Part shown: one piece after another, positions 27,616 through 57,117 of the stretch
Numbering within the stretch: the first letter of the stretch is position 1
Layout: the number at the start of each line of letters is the position of its first letter
NCBI GenBank assembly: GCA_965153355.1
Contig: OZ231126.1
Span: forward strand, 16,306,001-16,370,000
Length of the DNA: 64,000 nucleotides
Reading direction: 5' to 3'
Source: Flaccisagitta enflata
Lineage: Eukaryota
Notes under the pieces: model-generated
Databases searched by the model: none
The model's input: the letters and a program-made list of their open reading frames with translations, nothing else
What the model was told of the DNA's origin: nothing
Program-made: the position numbers and the translations under genes

Positions 27616-29688
27616 ATTGATCAATGAATTAGCCAAATTGTTCAAAAATCATGAATACTTGCTTGTGATCCCATATCTGATGTCCTTTGCTTCAATAATC
27701 TAAGTTGTTGTATGAGTTATTCACAGAAAACTAAAACAAAACTTAAATGTGGAATGATTGAGTGGCAGACAGGCTTGCAGACCGATAGACTAACAGATAT
27801 AGACTTATGAACATTCAATTTAGTGCAATTGATAAATCCATATGCAATGACGTAGAATACTACATGAGATAAAAAAAGGCTTAACACATTTACTTGAGCA
27901 TTGAAAGTCTGCAGAAGAAATGGGTTTCATTGAAAGGCCCAAAAAGATAATATGGACTGAGTTCCTGACCCATTCTGGATCACTTGCCATAATCTTAAGA
28001 TGATTCCACATATTGGTGCATAAAACACTATCAGGACGTGATTTTTGTATCACGACCATTTTCAGTTTAAACTGATGCATGAAGCTTCAGTCTTGCAGAG
28101 TACAGACGCACAAATGTAATTGCAGGCACTATTTTGAACAAAAAGTAGGCCTACAAATCTATTTTCAACAGCTTAGAGTGTTTCAAAGGACTTAACAATT
28201 CAACACTTACTTTTTTTGTTTTTTAACTATTTTAACTAGTTAATTTGGTCTAGTTAACTACTACCGTTTTCGGAAAATTAACTAGTTAACTAACTAGTTA
28301 AAGTTAACTACTGCCGGCCCTAATCCGTACGTCTATCACTCTTTACCCTTGCGGCGTTGACGGGTTGTTTTCGCGGTACTATCCCTGGCTGAATTGTGGA
28401 TTATTCCATCTCATTGCACCCCCTACCCAGCCGCACGGGACGAAGGTAGTCGTGTATTCAGCCTTCTTTACAAATTACAGCACTCTTAAGTCTCAAGTTC
28501 CATTCTCCATTCTTTTTAATTGGTGGTTACTAGAAGGGCCGTGGAGAGAAATGTCATGTACATGTCCTTATTTCAATGTCGAATCGCCTTTTTGGTCGCA
28601 TTTGTCAGTCAAATTGACCGCCGCGACAATCTGTTATTGCTTATTAGTCACGTGCACGTGACTCTATGACCCACCCTGTCTGTCTGTCGGTCCGTCTGTC
28701 GGTCTGTCTGTTGGTCCGTCACGCTTAGCTTTTTTGTTGTTTTACATCATTTTAAGTCATTTTAAGTTTTTTATAAACAATTTACATTTAGTCTTTTAGT
28801 CTTTTGGTCTTTTGGTCTTTTAATCTTTTAGTCTTTTAGTTGTATGGTCTCATGGTCTTAACAATCGCACGCGTCTGTAAGGTGTTGGTCTTGTTTAGTT
28901 GCGGACTCGCAACTTTAAAACAGGCTTTGTCTGTCCGTCCATCAGTCCGTCGGTCTGTGAACACGAGTCAAAAAATGGAAAAACGAGCCCTTTGAATATT
29001 TCTTGTGTATGTTTGCGTGTTGGGCTGGGGGCCAGGGTGTGGATGGGGACTGGATGCCGCTGCCCGCCCGTTCGCAACGATATTGTGATCCCGCGTCACT
29101 TGTTCCTCACCGTGCTGCCTAGCTGTGATACGTAGGAAAAAATGACACAGCATGGCGACCTATTCTGGAGTGTTATATACACCTAGACGGATGTCCCCAT
29201 GCGTGAGACCAAAAATTCTGTTTGGATTTTGACGAGAAAACGCCGTTAAAAGCCTTAAAATGCCGTAAAATGGGCATTTTTCAACAATTTTTGTATATAA
29301 AGAGCTAAAGAATTGCCAATCTAGTCAGGTAATGGCCAAACATTAATGATAAGGCACTGATACACGATCAAGCAAAAATTTGGGTCATGCCAAAATCGAC
29401 TGGTATCATTTTTTGCCATTATATGCCGTCAAGATGGCATTTTTAAGCATTTTTGGGTGTTACTCACTTGTAGAGCACAACAGTAATTTGAAAACTGCCA
29501 GAAAAAGTGTATAAGAGCCTAAAACAAATGAATTATAAAGTTTCTCAACAGTGTTGCAATATTGTCCTGTACCGCAAAAGGTTGTAAAATGCCGTTAAGA
29601 CAGTATTTGTGGCATTTTTTTTTGGGTATTTAGGCCCATGCAACTCCTCTGCTTGTGTTGCATTTACGTGAGCATCTGTGTGCGTGCA

Positions 29689-29796
<108 letters not shown>

Positions 29797-29847
29797 TTTA
29801 CGTGTGTGTTTGTGTGTGCGCGTAGGTGTGTGTGGTTTTATGTGCGT

Positions 29848-30013
<166 letters not shown>

Positions 30014-30198
30014 GTGTGTTAGGAGATTTGCTCGTGAACATGCGGTGGGAGCAATGCAAGAACGAGCCTCGGAATGCTTCATTTTGATCGAGAGTTCCGT
30101 ACTACTATCAAACACGACTTGTTTCTGATTCTGGTTTTGAAACTTAGTTAACTCAGCAAAATATTATAATGCATAAGTAGCTAAACACAGGCAGACAG

Positions 30199-30265
<67 letters not shown>

Positions 30266-30357
30266 GGACACACATCAACACACACACACACACACACACA
30301 CAAAAAACACACGGGGAATTCATTAAATTTTTTTGCGTGTAGGTCATAAATGCATGT

Positions 30358-31110
30358 AGAACAAGAATCTGATGCTTACTTTGGCCTATCATGAGCCAAA
30401 AAAAAAAGAAACGGTTTTTTGTGCCAAAAACAGCTATTTTTCCTAAAAAAATGGTATAAAATAAAATATTTTTGTTTTTTTTTTTACAGAAACATAAAGT
30501 ACCAATAGTGATTGATATCTAAGTGAATCTAGAACAATTTTGAATAGGTCTATGCGGTTCAAAAATAGCATTAAAGTGCTCAAAAGTGGAGAAATGACCT
30601 AAAAATTAAAAAATCGTCAAAACTGATGTTTTGGAACAGTTTCTTAGGGTAAAATATGCTGTCACTGTGAATTTCATTGATTTACTTAAAAAAACATAGC
30701 CACAATAAGCCAAAACGCAAAACGACAATATGCAAATGAGATCTCATTTGCATATTGCAGTTTTGCGTTTTTCGCTTATCACGGCCATGTTTTTTTAAGT
30801 AAATCGATGAAACTCATACTGACAGCATATTTTACCCTTAAAAACTGTTCCAAATCATCAGCTTTGACAATTTTTTAATTCTTAGGTCATTTCTCCACTT
30901 TTGAGCTCTTTAATGCTATTTTTGAACCTCATAGACCTATTCAAAATTGTTCTAGATTCACTTAAATATCAATCACTATTGGTACTTTATGTTTCTGTAA
31001 AAAAAAAGTCCAAAATATTTCATTTATACCATTTTTTGAGGAAATAGCTGTTTTTGCACACCGTTTCTTTTTTGGCTCAAGTTAATCAAAATGAACATCA
31101 GAATCTTGTT
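30358..31110. mobile_element. Long near-perfect palindrome (foldback/MITE)
   Basis: Centre GCAAATGAGATCTCATTTGC at ~30740, with complementary arms of ~370 bp. Confidence 0.75.
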
Positions 31111-31181
31111 CTCTGTTTAAGGTCCCCTGCAAAATCTGGATGGTCCATTTTTTATTTAAGAATGCAAGTGGGAATCCTGGC

Positions 31182-31233
<52 letters not shown>

Positions 31234-31292
31234 AGCACGCACGGGAGCACACACACACACACACACACGCACACACACATGCACACGCACGC

Positions 31293-31404
<112 letters not shown>

Positions 31405-32193
31405 AGAGATGATATTGACCTAACTGTCTCAATAACTACCCTGAAAAGTGTCAGATATCCCATTTTTACGGCATTTTCTGGCCTTCCAATATCATTTTTA
31501 CAACTAAAAATTGTCTTGAATCGCTTAGAATATCTGGATGAATGTATTTTAGCACAAACTCATCATGGTTTTACTGATTTCTGACCAGCAGAGCAGTTGC
31601 ACGAGTGATTATGCTGTAAAAAAAGCTTAAAATGCCATTTTAACGGCATTTAACGACTTTTTACGGGATATTGATGAGGCCACATTGCAACGCTGTGTTG
31701 AGAAACTTTGATACATGTTTGTCTTAGCACCTAATACCCTTTTTCTGGCATTTTTGAAGCTACCGTCCTGTGATTAAAGAGAGTAACTTCCAAAAAATGC
31801 TTGAAAATGCCAGTTTGACGGCATTTTACGGCTTAAAATGATATCAAATGATGGCTGCTTGGCCTGAATTTCTGCGTGATTGTGTCTCAGTGCCATATCA
31901 ATAATGTTTGACCATTTCCTGACTAGCTTGGCTACTGCATCTCGGTTTTTTTATGGCGGACCTCCCCGGTCCGAGGAAAAACAAAAAAAAAATGGCCGTA
32001 GAGCAAAAATGCTCATACCGTTCTCTGATTCAGATTGAACGGCAACTAGCTAACTGAATTTGACACAATTTCTTACCTGCTGCAGCAATAAACAGGACAG
32101 ATTACGAGCTGCTGTGTCAACCCCATTACACTACCTCTCTCTTGGGCGCGTATATTGGCCTCTCACACCACTGCAGATATTCTGCATTGAATA

Positions 32194-32697
32194 CAGTACA
32201 ATGGGAGCAAAAACGACCAAGACTGGAGGATAGATTTATTGTATTTTCATTTCATTTATATCATAGAATATTTGAGATTTAGGCCAATTAAAGGTTGTTT
32301 TATCTAGTGAATATATTTGCAATTTTGAAAAACAAAAATCTGCTTAATTGGGTTATTTTATAGGTTTTACGGCTACTTTAATAAACAAAAGTTGTGCAAA
32401 TTCATTTTTTAGTATAACCTCAAATGGCCATAAACCTGTAAAAATAGACCAATTAGGCTGATTTTTTTTTAAAACTAAATAAGATTTTTCACCCAATTTA
32501 ATGAGATAGGTTAGAACTTCGAAAAATGGAGTCTTGATGAGGTAACGTTATAAGGGGAGGTTTGAGAGACCCAAATATATTCATTCAATACAGCAATATT
32601 TAATTGGCTTAAATCTCAAATACTTTATGATACAAATAAAATTAAGATACTTTAAATCTATCCTCCAGTCTAGGTCGTCTTTGATCCCATCGTACTG
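32194..32697. mobile_element. TA-flanked MITE
   Basis: TA|CAGTACAATGGGA..ACGACC...GGTCGT..TCCCATCGTACTG|TA with extended inverted arms. Confidence 0.75.
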
Positions 32698-33367
32698 TAG
32701 ATAATAAAGAGAAACACAATACAAAGGGTTCAGTCGTTTTTATTTCAGTTTATTAATCAACATGTTGTAAATTCTAGTGTACTGTGCTTTCTTTTGCAAA
32801 TCAAGTCAGTCTAACTATACGTTTCAAGCGTAGCATAATCGTTTTTACCGACTAAACGTCTTTCTGTCTTTAATGCTCTTACTTTGTTTGATTGGAACAC
32901 TACGGTCAAAACACGGGCGATCCAAGTTATGTTCATCAATCGATGAAATGTCACTAGTGTGAAATATTTTGAAATTTTTGTAGATACTTCAAGTTAATTA
33001 AATCAAAAAATAAGAGCCTAATGTTATCATTAATAGAAAGATTTTGATACAAAATCCTAGATAATTTCATTAAAGTTTGAACAGAGCCGTGATCGCCCGC
33101 AGTTTTACGCATGATACTCAGAATAAGAATGAAGCAAAGACCATAGAAGCTCCATTTACATCAGTAGAAATCAACAAGGCCAAATACAGGACAATCCAGT
33201 TGCGGACGGTTGGGCAGGAGCAGTAATGTAAAAACCGCTCGGAGTTCAAAAATGTGATGTACCGACGTACAGACCTACCAACCGACACGGCAAGGTGTAG
33301 AGTCGCGTGCCCGCGACTAAAGAGCACAAAACTTGAATTTCGGCAACCAACAGAATAAGGCTCAATA

Positions 33368-33728
33368 TAAGGTGTGAACCCACTAAAGCTGAGGCAACCC
33401 CCCCCCCCCATATAAACTAGACTTCAGTAAAAATTAGTCTTTCTTAGCGGCAAATTATAGTTTAGGAATATATAGTGGAATCAAAGGCAAATTTCCAATT
33501 TTGACTCAAATTGTAGGTTATCAATACAATATCTATGATTTTTTTGAATTCTTAAAATAGGTTTTTACAGCATTAACAGGCTGTATTTTTAATTAGAAGA
33601 TAAAACCTACAAATTGCTTTGGAAGCGTCTCTTATATTGATATAAACATTTTTTTAGCTTAAAATTATCTAAACAATGATTGGTTAAGGCTGTAGGGGGT
33701 GCTTCGGTTTTCAGGGGTTCACACCTTG
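33368..33728. mobile_element. TA-flanked MITE
   Basis: AAGGTGTGAACCC... / ...GGGTTCACACCTT inverted ends. Confidence 0.6.
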
Positions 33729-34039
33729 TATTATGCTTTTCTCTGCACATAGTCCAGCTCATCACACAGTTACACCCCGCAATTACAAATCGACAGATCG
33801 TTTTTTAGGTGCGACAACGCACCTCTATAACTGGCTCTGTCCGTTGGTTGGTTGGTCGGTCGGTCGGTCTGTCTGTAACGCATTCGTTCGACGATCAACA
33901 CGTCGCACCTTATTGGCCTACTTGGCCTTGTTTTAACTTTGTTGGCAATAACAGATACCTGTCTATAACAATCCAAATTTATCGGTGCTTTGTCATCCGT
34001 TAATGCAGGTTCTACTATTAGTTTTCTTCGGCATGCCCA

Positions 34040-34109
<70 letters not shown>

Positions 34110-34464
34110 ACGCGCACGCACGTGATAACCATCTGTCAGTCTGTCTGTCCATCTCATCGCCGTCCATCTAGCATAGTCACCATCACCCTCTAGATCCATG
34201 CTATATACAACAAGAATTCTTTAATCATTATGAATTTTTCACCACTATCTGGCAAAATCAGAGACAGCACGAAATTAAAAGGCATTTATTCAAAGGGCAG
34301 TTTTGGCAACACTGCTCTCGTCCAAAGTCATGCTCTTGGTGGATCCGCATTAACGACCGGGTAGCTTTTCAGATATTTAGTCGCAGACTAGCGACTCTTT
34401 AGCCTAAAGAGTTTAGGATGCATTGTCTATCTACTGGTCAGTCCTTTAGTTAGTAGGTCACATA

Positions 34465-35066
34465 CAGTGGGGTAAGTGGAATAACAGCCTAAACTGGAGG
34501 AAGGTATTAAAGTGATTTGATATCATTTGACAAATTTGATATTTGAAATATAAGTTGCTCACTTGATGCTATCGTCCCTGAGTTTTTTGGTTGCTATGGA
34601 AACCAAAATTATTTTTTTTAACATTTATAACAACTAGAATATCAATATTTTGACAAATATTATCAGGGAACATTGCTCAGAATTATATTTGCTACAACTT
34701 TCCCACAGTATGTCCTGTAAGAATATTGCTCGTTTAGCCGTTGCTAGGGAGCATCATTTAGCGGTTGCTAGGTGTGATGCCCCCTAGCAACGGCCAAACG
34801 AGCAATATTCTTACAGAACATACTGTGGGAAAGTTGTAGCAAATTTAATTTTGAGCAATGTTCCCTGACAATATTTCTCAAAATATTGATAGTTTAATGG
34901 TTATTAATGTTTGAAAAAATAATTTTGGTTTCCATAGCAACCGAAAAACTCAGGGACAAAAGCATCAAGTGAACAACCTATATTTCAAATATCAAGTTTG
35001 TCAAATGAAATTAAGACACTTAAATACCTTCCTCCAGGTTAGGCTGTTATTCCACGAACCCCACTG
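34465..35066. mobile_element. TA-flanked, fully palindromic MITE
   Basis: TA|CAGTGGGG..GTGGAATAACAGCCTAA...TTAGGCTGTTATTCCAC..CCCCACTG|TA; the arms pair almost to the centre (~34770). Confidence 0.8.
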
Positions 35067-35313
35067 TACACAAAAGCTGCTTTTTTGAGGCTGCGGCGCG
35101 GTTGCGATAGTTTGTTTTTGTGTACAGAGGGGAGGTTGTATGCCCATGCCCACCTGTCAGAGAGGGTATTATAGCCCCATGTCAGTTCTTTTCACCTATC
35201 GCGTCTTGTCTTTCGCACATTGCTTTTCTTCTCAATTCACCGTCGTTTCTTAGACCGTGCGCCGAACATGCCTCATTCCGCCTGAATACATTAGTAAGGC
35301 GTGAGACATTCTG

Positions 35314-35344
<31 letters not shown>

Positions 35345-35774
35345 GTTTCTGTCTCTGTTTCTCTCTTTTTCTCTCATGTACTCGTCACTGCATCAACTTT
35401 CCTACCTCAAACTGCCCTGATTTTGCTTTTGGAACTTGCTGCAGTCTGTGACATCAACTTCCGCAATCCCGTCATCCTTAGCATTTTTGGCGTACTACTC
35501 TGTATGAGAGTGGACGCAAATGACAATTTGACGTCGTGTGTGATGCAGATGATGTCAATGTTGTTTTCGACTGATAAACAAAGCCGGATACATGGCAAGA
35601 CGGTCGCGGTTGGGCAGGAGCCGTAATACGAAACCGCTTGCAATTTAACAATATTTCTTACCGACCTACCGACATGGCAAGGTTTAGTTGTGTGTCCGCG
35701 ACTAAAAACACATCATTGCATATATATTTTCCCTTAGCTTGGTGTGTGTGTGTGTCTGTCTGTCTGTCTGTCTG

Positions 35775-35881
<107 letters not shown>

Positions 35882-36198
35882 TTTCGAACCCCCATCTTCG
35901 ATTTCCTCAAACAGAGCATTTCACTTGCTCCGCTCTGCGCTTATTTTCAGTCTTCTTCAGCGAATCCCTTTCGCTCGTACATCGTCCACCTGGTTTGCGG
36001 TGTCTCTACAAATGTCTTCTGTCCCTGTTTGGTTATAAAAGGTGGATACCTAGAAAGTTTAAATCGCGCTTTTTAGCCCCGCTCCCCCGCGTCAATATTT
36101 TTGGTTCAACCCTCGCCCTCGCTCGCTTTCTCACTCTCTCACTTTCTCTCTCTCTCTCGCTCACACTCCTGCTCTCTCGCTCTCTCGCGCACACTCCT

Positions 36199-36302
<104 letters not shown>

Positions 36303-37017
36303 ACCTCCCAGTTACACATTTTCGCCTTTTCGGTTGCTTTTCGATGCCCGGGGATGCCCTCTGTCGTGTATGAGCGTCTCCATAGTTGATTTATGTGGTT
36401 GGTAACGTCTTGGACACATTGGTTCTGCTGGTTTGTCATAAAAAACAACACTTATCAACACTGGATATAAGTTGAATGTTTTTATTAGTTCAGCTTGCGA
36501 CTCATATTTCAAAAATTACCGCGAGATCCAGCCTGAGCTTTGGTGGTCCTATCCTTGATAGTTTTCTCTTGCCGTACGCCGTCGCAAACAAATTCCTTAA
36601 ATTGATCTTAATCCTTTTTTTGCTTGAAGAAGAAAAAAAAACCGCGGAGAGCATAAGCGGTCCATCTTTACACGCAATCTAAGAACCGGTCACTATTTTG
36701 AGCTATGTTTCTTGCTCAATGAACTAAAAAAAACGGTGAAAAATGCCCATTTTACGGCATTTTACGGCTTTTAACGGCGTTTTCTCGTAAAAATCCAAAC
36801 AGAATCTTTGATCTCACGCATTGGGACATCCGTCTGGTTGTATATAACACTCCAGAATAGGTGGCAATGCTGTGTCATTTTTTCCTACCTATCACAGCTA
36901 GGCAGCACGGTGTCCTGTTTGGAATTCCACTTTGCTGACTAACTAAAAGGAGAAGCCGAAATAATGTCGACATGATAAATCATTAATTGTCAACTATTAG
37001 AATAAGAAAGTGCACAA

Positions 37018-37076
<59 letters not shown>

Positions 37077-37265
37077 TGACAGTCTGACAGACAGAGACAT
37101 AGAGAGTGAGCGATTGGCGCACTTGAAACTGGTTCTGCGAGGGCGAGGCGAGAAATTTTACCTGCGTCCAATTTCAAATTTCAAAGAGTGACAAGTTTTG
37201 GCTGAGATAATATCTCCAGCTCTCAGAATATAAGTATCAGTACGTGTCTTGTCGTCTCAGGCTTA

Positions 37266-37366
<101 letters not shown>

Positions 37367-37715
37367 TCATTCTCGTGGATATTGTTACAAACTCGTTGAG
37401 TAATCGATAAGTCAGAAGATAACTACGTTCCAAAACGAAGAGAAACAAGAATTAGGAAAGATAAGAAAGAGAGAGAAAAAAATGACAACTTTCTTGTTAA
37501 TGAAAAGTCGTCGGTTCAGGTCGCGAGAATAGGCGGAACAACATTAAAAAAAAAACAGAAAAACGGTATTCTCAACCGAATTGTTAATGTATTCCATAAT
37601 TTTACAAATGATATTCCTGAAGATCCAAAACAAGAATTGTTGAATTTTCCTTGGCGACTGATTGATATCCTACAAACCGTAACAACTTGTAGAGGCCCTC
37701 GTCAATAAAGGAACG

Positions 37716-52119
<14,404 letters not shown>

Positions 52120-52819
52120 TAGATCAAGTTTCATATTATGCCCAATGATAACGTGAATGCGTTTGCAACGCGTAGTTGTGGGGGAAGATTTACTGTGAAG
52201 ATGCGTTGGGATGAATGGGGCGTAAGTTGATGTAATAGACGCATTACTTCTGATTGGCGGTGCGGTTGTTTTGATGTGCCAATGAGACCTCTCCTGATGT
52301 GTTCCACATGTGTTCCACTAGAGAATCTATGACCTACTTTTGTATGGATGTGACCATTTCTGTCTTTTGTCAGCCCCTTGATCAATCCCATCCCCCTCAA
52401 AACAAAAGCGAAATTGCATCTCCGGAATTACATCAAAATCGATAAGATGATCCTAACTGCACTTTTCTTGATCCACTAGTTTCTGGACTTACCACGAGAG
52501 TACAATCATTCCTATTACGTGGCCACCAGTCGAGAGTTGGACGCTTCACACGCCATCACTTACAAAATGCCCGCCGATGACGCTTTTGATTGAAACTCTT
52601 GTAACACCGTGTTAGTGAAATGGTCAATTACTACCTTGGACATAAGTATTGCAACAGCTTTAAACTAGAATAAGTTGATTCAAAGATAAAATTTTACCTA
52701 TTTTTTGTGAGATTCCTAATCCACATCAATTTTTTTTTTAATTTAGTGCAATCTTTGAATTCTCAGTCAATTCACTAAGAAACGGCGCAAAAAGCTTAAA
52801 AACATTGCTTTTTGAAAAT

Positions 52820-53120
52820 CATGAAAAAAGGCACAAAAGTTTTTCCTGTACATCTCTACAGAAAATAGTGACAAAAAGTTCAAGAAGTGGCCTGGGAACT
52901 TGCCTGATCTCAATATAACTGAAAACCTTTGAAGTCTGATGAAGAACCTGCAGCAAAAAGAGTGCACAACATCAATCGCGGGGTTGAAAAAAAAATAGAA
53001 TAGAAGGTTTGGAGAGTCTCCAGTGGAGACAAGTCACACCAGATTACATCAAAAAACTATAGAAATTGATGGTAGTTGGGAGCTGTCATTCAGGCCCAGG
53101 GTTGCTTCACAAAATACTTA
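52820..53120 (+). pseudogene. Decayed Tc1-family transposase C-terminal fragment
   Basis: KWPGNLPDLNITENL*SLMK from 52885 resembles WPxxSPDLNPIENLW. AVIQAQGCFTKY near 53082-53117 resembles the Tc1 C-terminus. Stops and frameshifts are present. Confidence 0.75.
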
Positions 53121-54907
53121 TTTGCTTAAAATGATTTATTGTGTATGGTATTGGCGATTAAATGAATTTATACCCCAGGTGTTGCAATACTAATGTCCCA
53201 GGTAGTATGCAAGAAAAAGGTGATAAATCTCGCTCGGTAAAAACTCCCAACTTCAAAATCTTCGTTTTCATTTCCTCGCTTCCCAATAAGTGGCCCGTGA
53301 CTTCCGATATCATATACGTCTCCAACTGTATCCGTGTACTATGCATCCTTGGAAGTTTGTATAATGAATTATATGTAAAGTTTTGATATCCCTCCCCCCC
53401 CCCCGGCCCCTCCCTTCCTCCTCGCTCTTCATAACAGGTGTTCGAAAAAAAATTGTGTCCTTAACGAGAAGAGCTAGAAATGTGCAGTTTTTATTTTTTT
53501 ATTTTTTTTAGTATAAATTAAAAATATTTCTGCCATAGCTTGTGTGTAAGTGGCCCTTTTCAAAGCTTAAAGAGGAGATTTTAATAGGGAAACGACATTT
53601 ATCTACTGGTTTTTGCTGAAAGTTTGATTTGGGGAAGTTTTTTTACCTTGATTTACTTGGAAAATTTTATTGATAAAACAAAAAATCATACATCAAAATG
53701 TCAAATGGTACCTTGTTTGCGTTTCTACATGTGCCACAGTGTGCCTATTCAACAAAAAACCTCTACAATCTTTATTCGAACACCCGATATCATCTGGCTC
53801 AAAAATTTTGTTCCATGACAACTCGCCATTTTACTTCGTTACATGGTGAAGAGAGCGCACGGCAACAAGATTGAATAAAGAACTGAACGGAATGAAAACT
53901 ACATTGTTTCATTCTCATTTGAACGACTGTGCTACCGATCATTACCCTTACTCTCACCTCGCAAGTTGATATTCGTTATATCCGGACTTGTTTTTAGCAG
54001 ACAGCCTCATTCGGGTGTGTCCATAAGCAAAAGGTTTTTTGATCAGATGGTCATCATCAGGGATTGCTTAGACATTAATTTTAAGATACTTACTTTTTTT
54101 TTCCAGATTTCATTCATCTTCCGTTTTTTTCTAAATCCCCATTAGCCCCTAATTTGGATATTGTAGTGCAGCTGGTTTTGCACCCGGATTATTGATGACA
54201 AGGAAAAAAATCAAAACACATTGGTTTTTTTATTCTTTATACTTTAAAAAATAGTTTAAATTTTTTGCTTTTATACAAGATGATTTAGTAATAAAAAAAA
54301 ACATAATTTTCAAAATGATTAATTAGTCTCATTTTCAACAAAACTGGGTGCAGTCGCTAAAAGTATACATATTTTTGACATTCTCTATATGTGCTAAAAA
54401 ACGGAAGATGATTGAAATTAAAAAAAATAAAAATGGTAAGTGTCTTGTAATTAGTGTCTACATAGTCCCTAATGATGATGAGCTGATCAAAAGAACTTTT
54501 GCATATTGACACACCCGACTGCCTCATTTCCGATGTCACAAACCTTTAAAATAGATCTACCGTAGTTGCTTCTCTGAGTCGATCGCTTCTTTATATTGGT
54601 ACTAGAACCGAGATGGCTGAGAACAGTTTCATGTTCATGTTCGAAGACATTCAATGATGATCACTGTCCACTGTCTCCTAGTATTACCTATTAACATTTG
54701 ACAGGACTACTAACCACATATGTTGACTAGCCTACACTTGATCAGATGGTAGGACGTGTCTTTAAAACATGGCGCCCCTGACTCCTTTTAACGTCTGATA
54801 CCTAATATTTGTCATCTCGTCTATTAGTAGTATGTAAATTTTCCGAGCTAAAACCAGACGCTTGGCAAGAGAGGACTAAACTAAAGCTAGAGAGAGAGAG
54901 AGAGGGA

Positions 54908-55005
<98 letters not shown>

Positions 55006-55083
55006 GTGAGTGAGTGAGTGAGTGAGTGAGTGAGTGAGAGCGAAAGAGAGAGAGTGAGTGAGTGAGTGAGTGAGTGAGTGAGT

Positions 55084-55177
<94 letters not shown>

Positions 55178-56301
55178 GAGAGACAGAGAGACAGAGAGAG
55201 ACAGAGAGAGACAGAGAGAGACGAGGAGAAATACTTTGTTTCAGACAGACAAAGACCAGCAGAGACAGACGTATACAAAGTGAAATACAGATGATAGAGA
55301 GACAATGACAGATTAGTCAACAGAAGGCTAGACGGATGGACAGACAGAATTCCCCACCCCCCCCCAAAAAAAAATGAGAAGCCCACGGAGAAAAAACAAC
55401 TTGGGCTAGATTTGAGTTGAAAAATACTAAACTATCTCAAAAAGAGAGTCAAGAGTTATGAAGACAGAAAAAAAAAAAACAATTAAAAGCTAGAGGCGTT
55501 CTTGTCGCACTAGATATAATGATGTATGAGACACATTTTCAGTATATTTTATTCTAAGACGCGGCGAACAAAAAAAAAATGTTTAAAAAATGTTTAAGTT
55601 GGCGAATAAAGACGACTGTACAAAACTTATATATACGTATCAATGTAGGCTCGTTACTTTGCAAAAAAAAAAAAAAAAGATTGGAATTTATAGAAATTAA
55701 TGATAACAGTAAAAAAGAACCAAAAATATGGAAAATGAGAAAATAAAGGCACAACAATGGAGAGAGAGAGAGGAGAGAAAAAACATTCATGCATCTGGAA
55801 ATGGAAAAAAAGGTTGCTGTTTTTTTCATGACACACACACAAACATACACACACACAAAAAAGATGTGAGCAATGGTTATGATCAAGCCAACACACAATT
55901 GTTGTTTTGTTTTTTTTTGAAAGTATGTACAACAGTTCTCTTACATCTTCATTTTGATTCCTAATTGACTAAAGGGATTTTTTTTTTCATATCATGGATT
56001 GAAAAAAAAGGGAAACGGTAAATATATTCAGTATGATAATGACTGCCCTATGACAAAAAAGCAAACAAATGTGCCTTCTTTCTTCATAATCGTCGCATTC
56101 TATTTTGAAATTTCAATTGTTCCTTTTTGTTCTTTTTCGAAAAAAAAGCTGAAGAGCAGACGAGAGAAAAAAAAAAAGCTGGTAAAAAGCAGGTGAATAC
56201 AAAAATATGGTCTTGGTAAAAAGATCATCCAAAAAATCTTCTTCTTACGTGGAAAAAAACTGTAAAACAGAAACATTTGAAAAAGGTGTTTTATTTTTAG
56301 A

Positions 56302-56408
<107 letters not shown>

Positions 56409-56991
56409 CCAAAATAGTAATGTTTTAAAAAAGATGAAGAAGGCGAGGAAAAAGAAATAGCAAGAAGTAGAAAGTTACACATTTTTTGGAGCCTTGGCGC
56501 AAAGGTAAAAAAACCCAATAGAATTGACCTAGTAAGCAATATTTTTTCAAAAAATGATTGGTTTAATAATAATAAGTGGAGGACGAGAAGTGGGGAAGAA
56601 CGCCGGCAGTGATTAGTCATTGAAAAGCACAAAGGTACAAAAAAAGTTTGTGTTCTGTCATTTTATGTTCTATCTTTGCTGATATTTGTCCATTGAAATC
56701 ATTTTTTCATCATCAGTGGGCTGAGAGACCACCTTTTTTCATGGATATTTCTTTTTCTTTTCATTTGGTTTTTTTTCTAACTTCCTCTCAAACGTCATAT
56801 GTTTCACAACCTAAAAACAGAAAAATAATGATGATTTAGAAAATTACTTCTCTAGTAAATTGTTAAAAAAAAATAACTCGCGGTCAAGCATGAAGTACCA
56901 CTCCATTTTACAGCAGGGAGAAAATGAATACTATGACAAAATTGTGGGTTTTCATGAAAGAGATTGCACCTTCCATTGGAATCAACGACAT

Positions 56992-57117
<126 letters not shown>

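Larger units (their letters stand above)
26303..28322. mobile_element. hAT-type element, copy 2 (inverted relative to copy 1), carrying nested insertions
   Basis: Near-identical reverse complement of 23612-24801, with its own 8-bp TSD ATCCGTAC (26295-26302, 28323-28330). Confidence 0.9.

Noticed and set aside
23854-28080. Identical 86-aa ORFs at 23854-24114 and 27820-28080 as a duplicated gene or transposase
   Set aside because: The identity simply reflects two recent copies of one element, and I see no transposase motifs.
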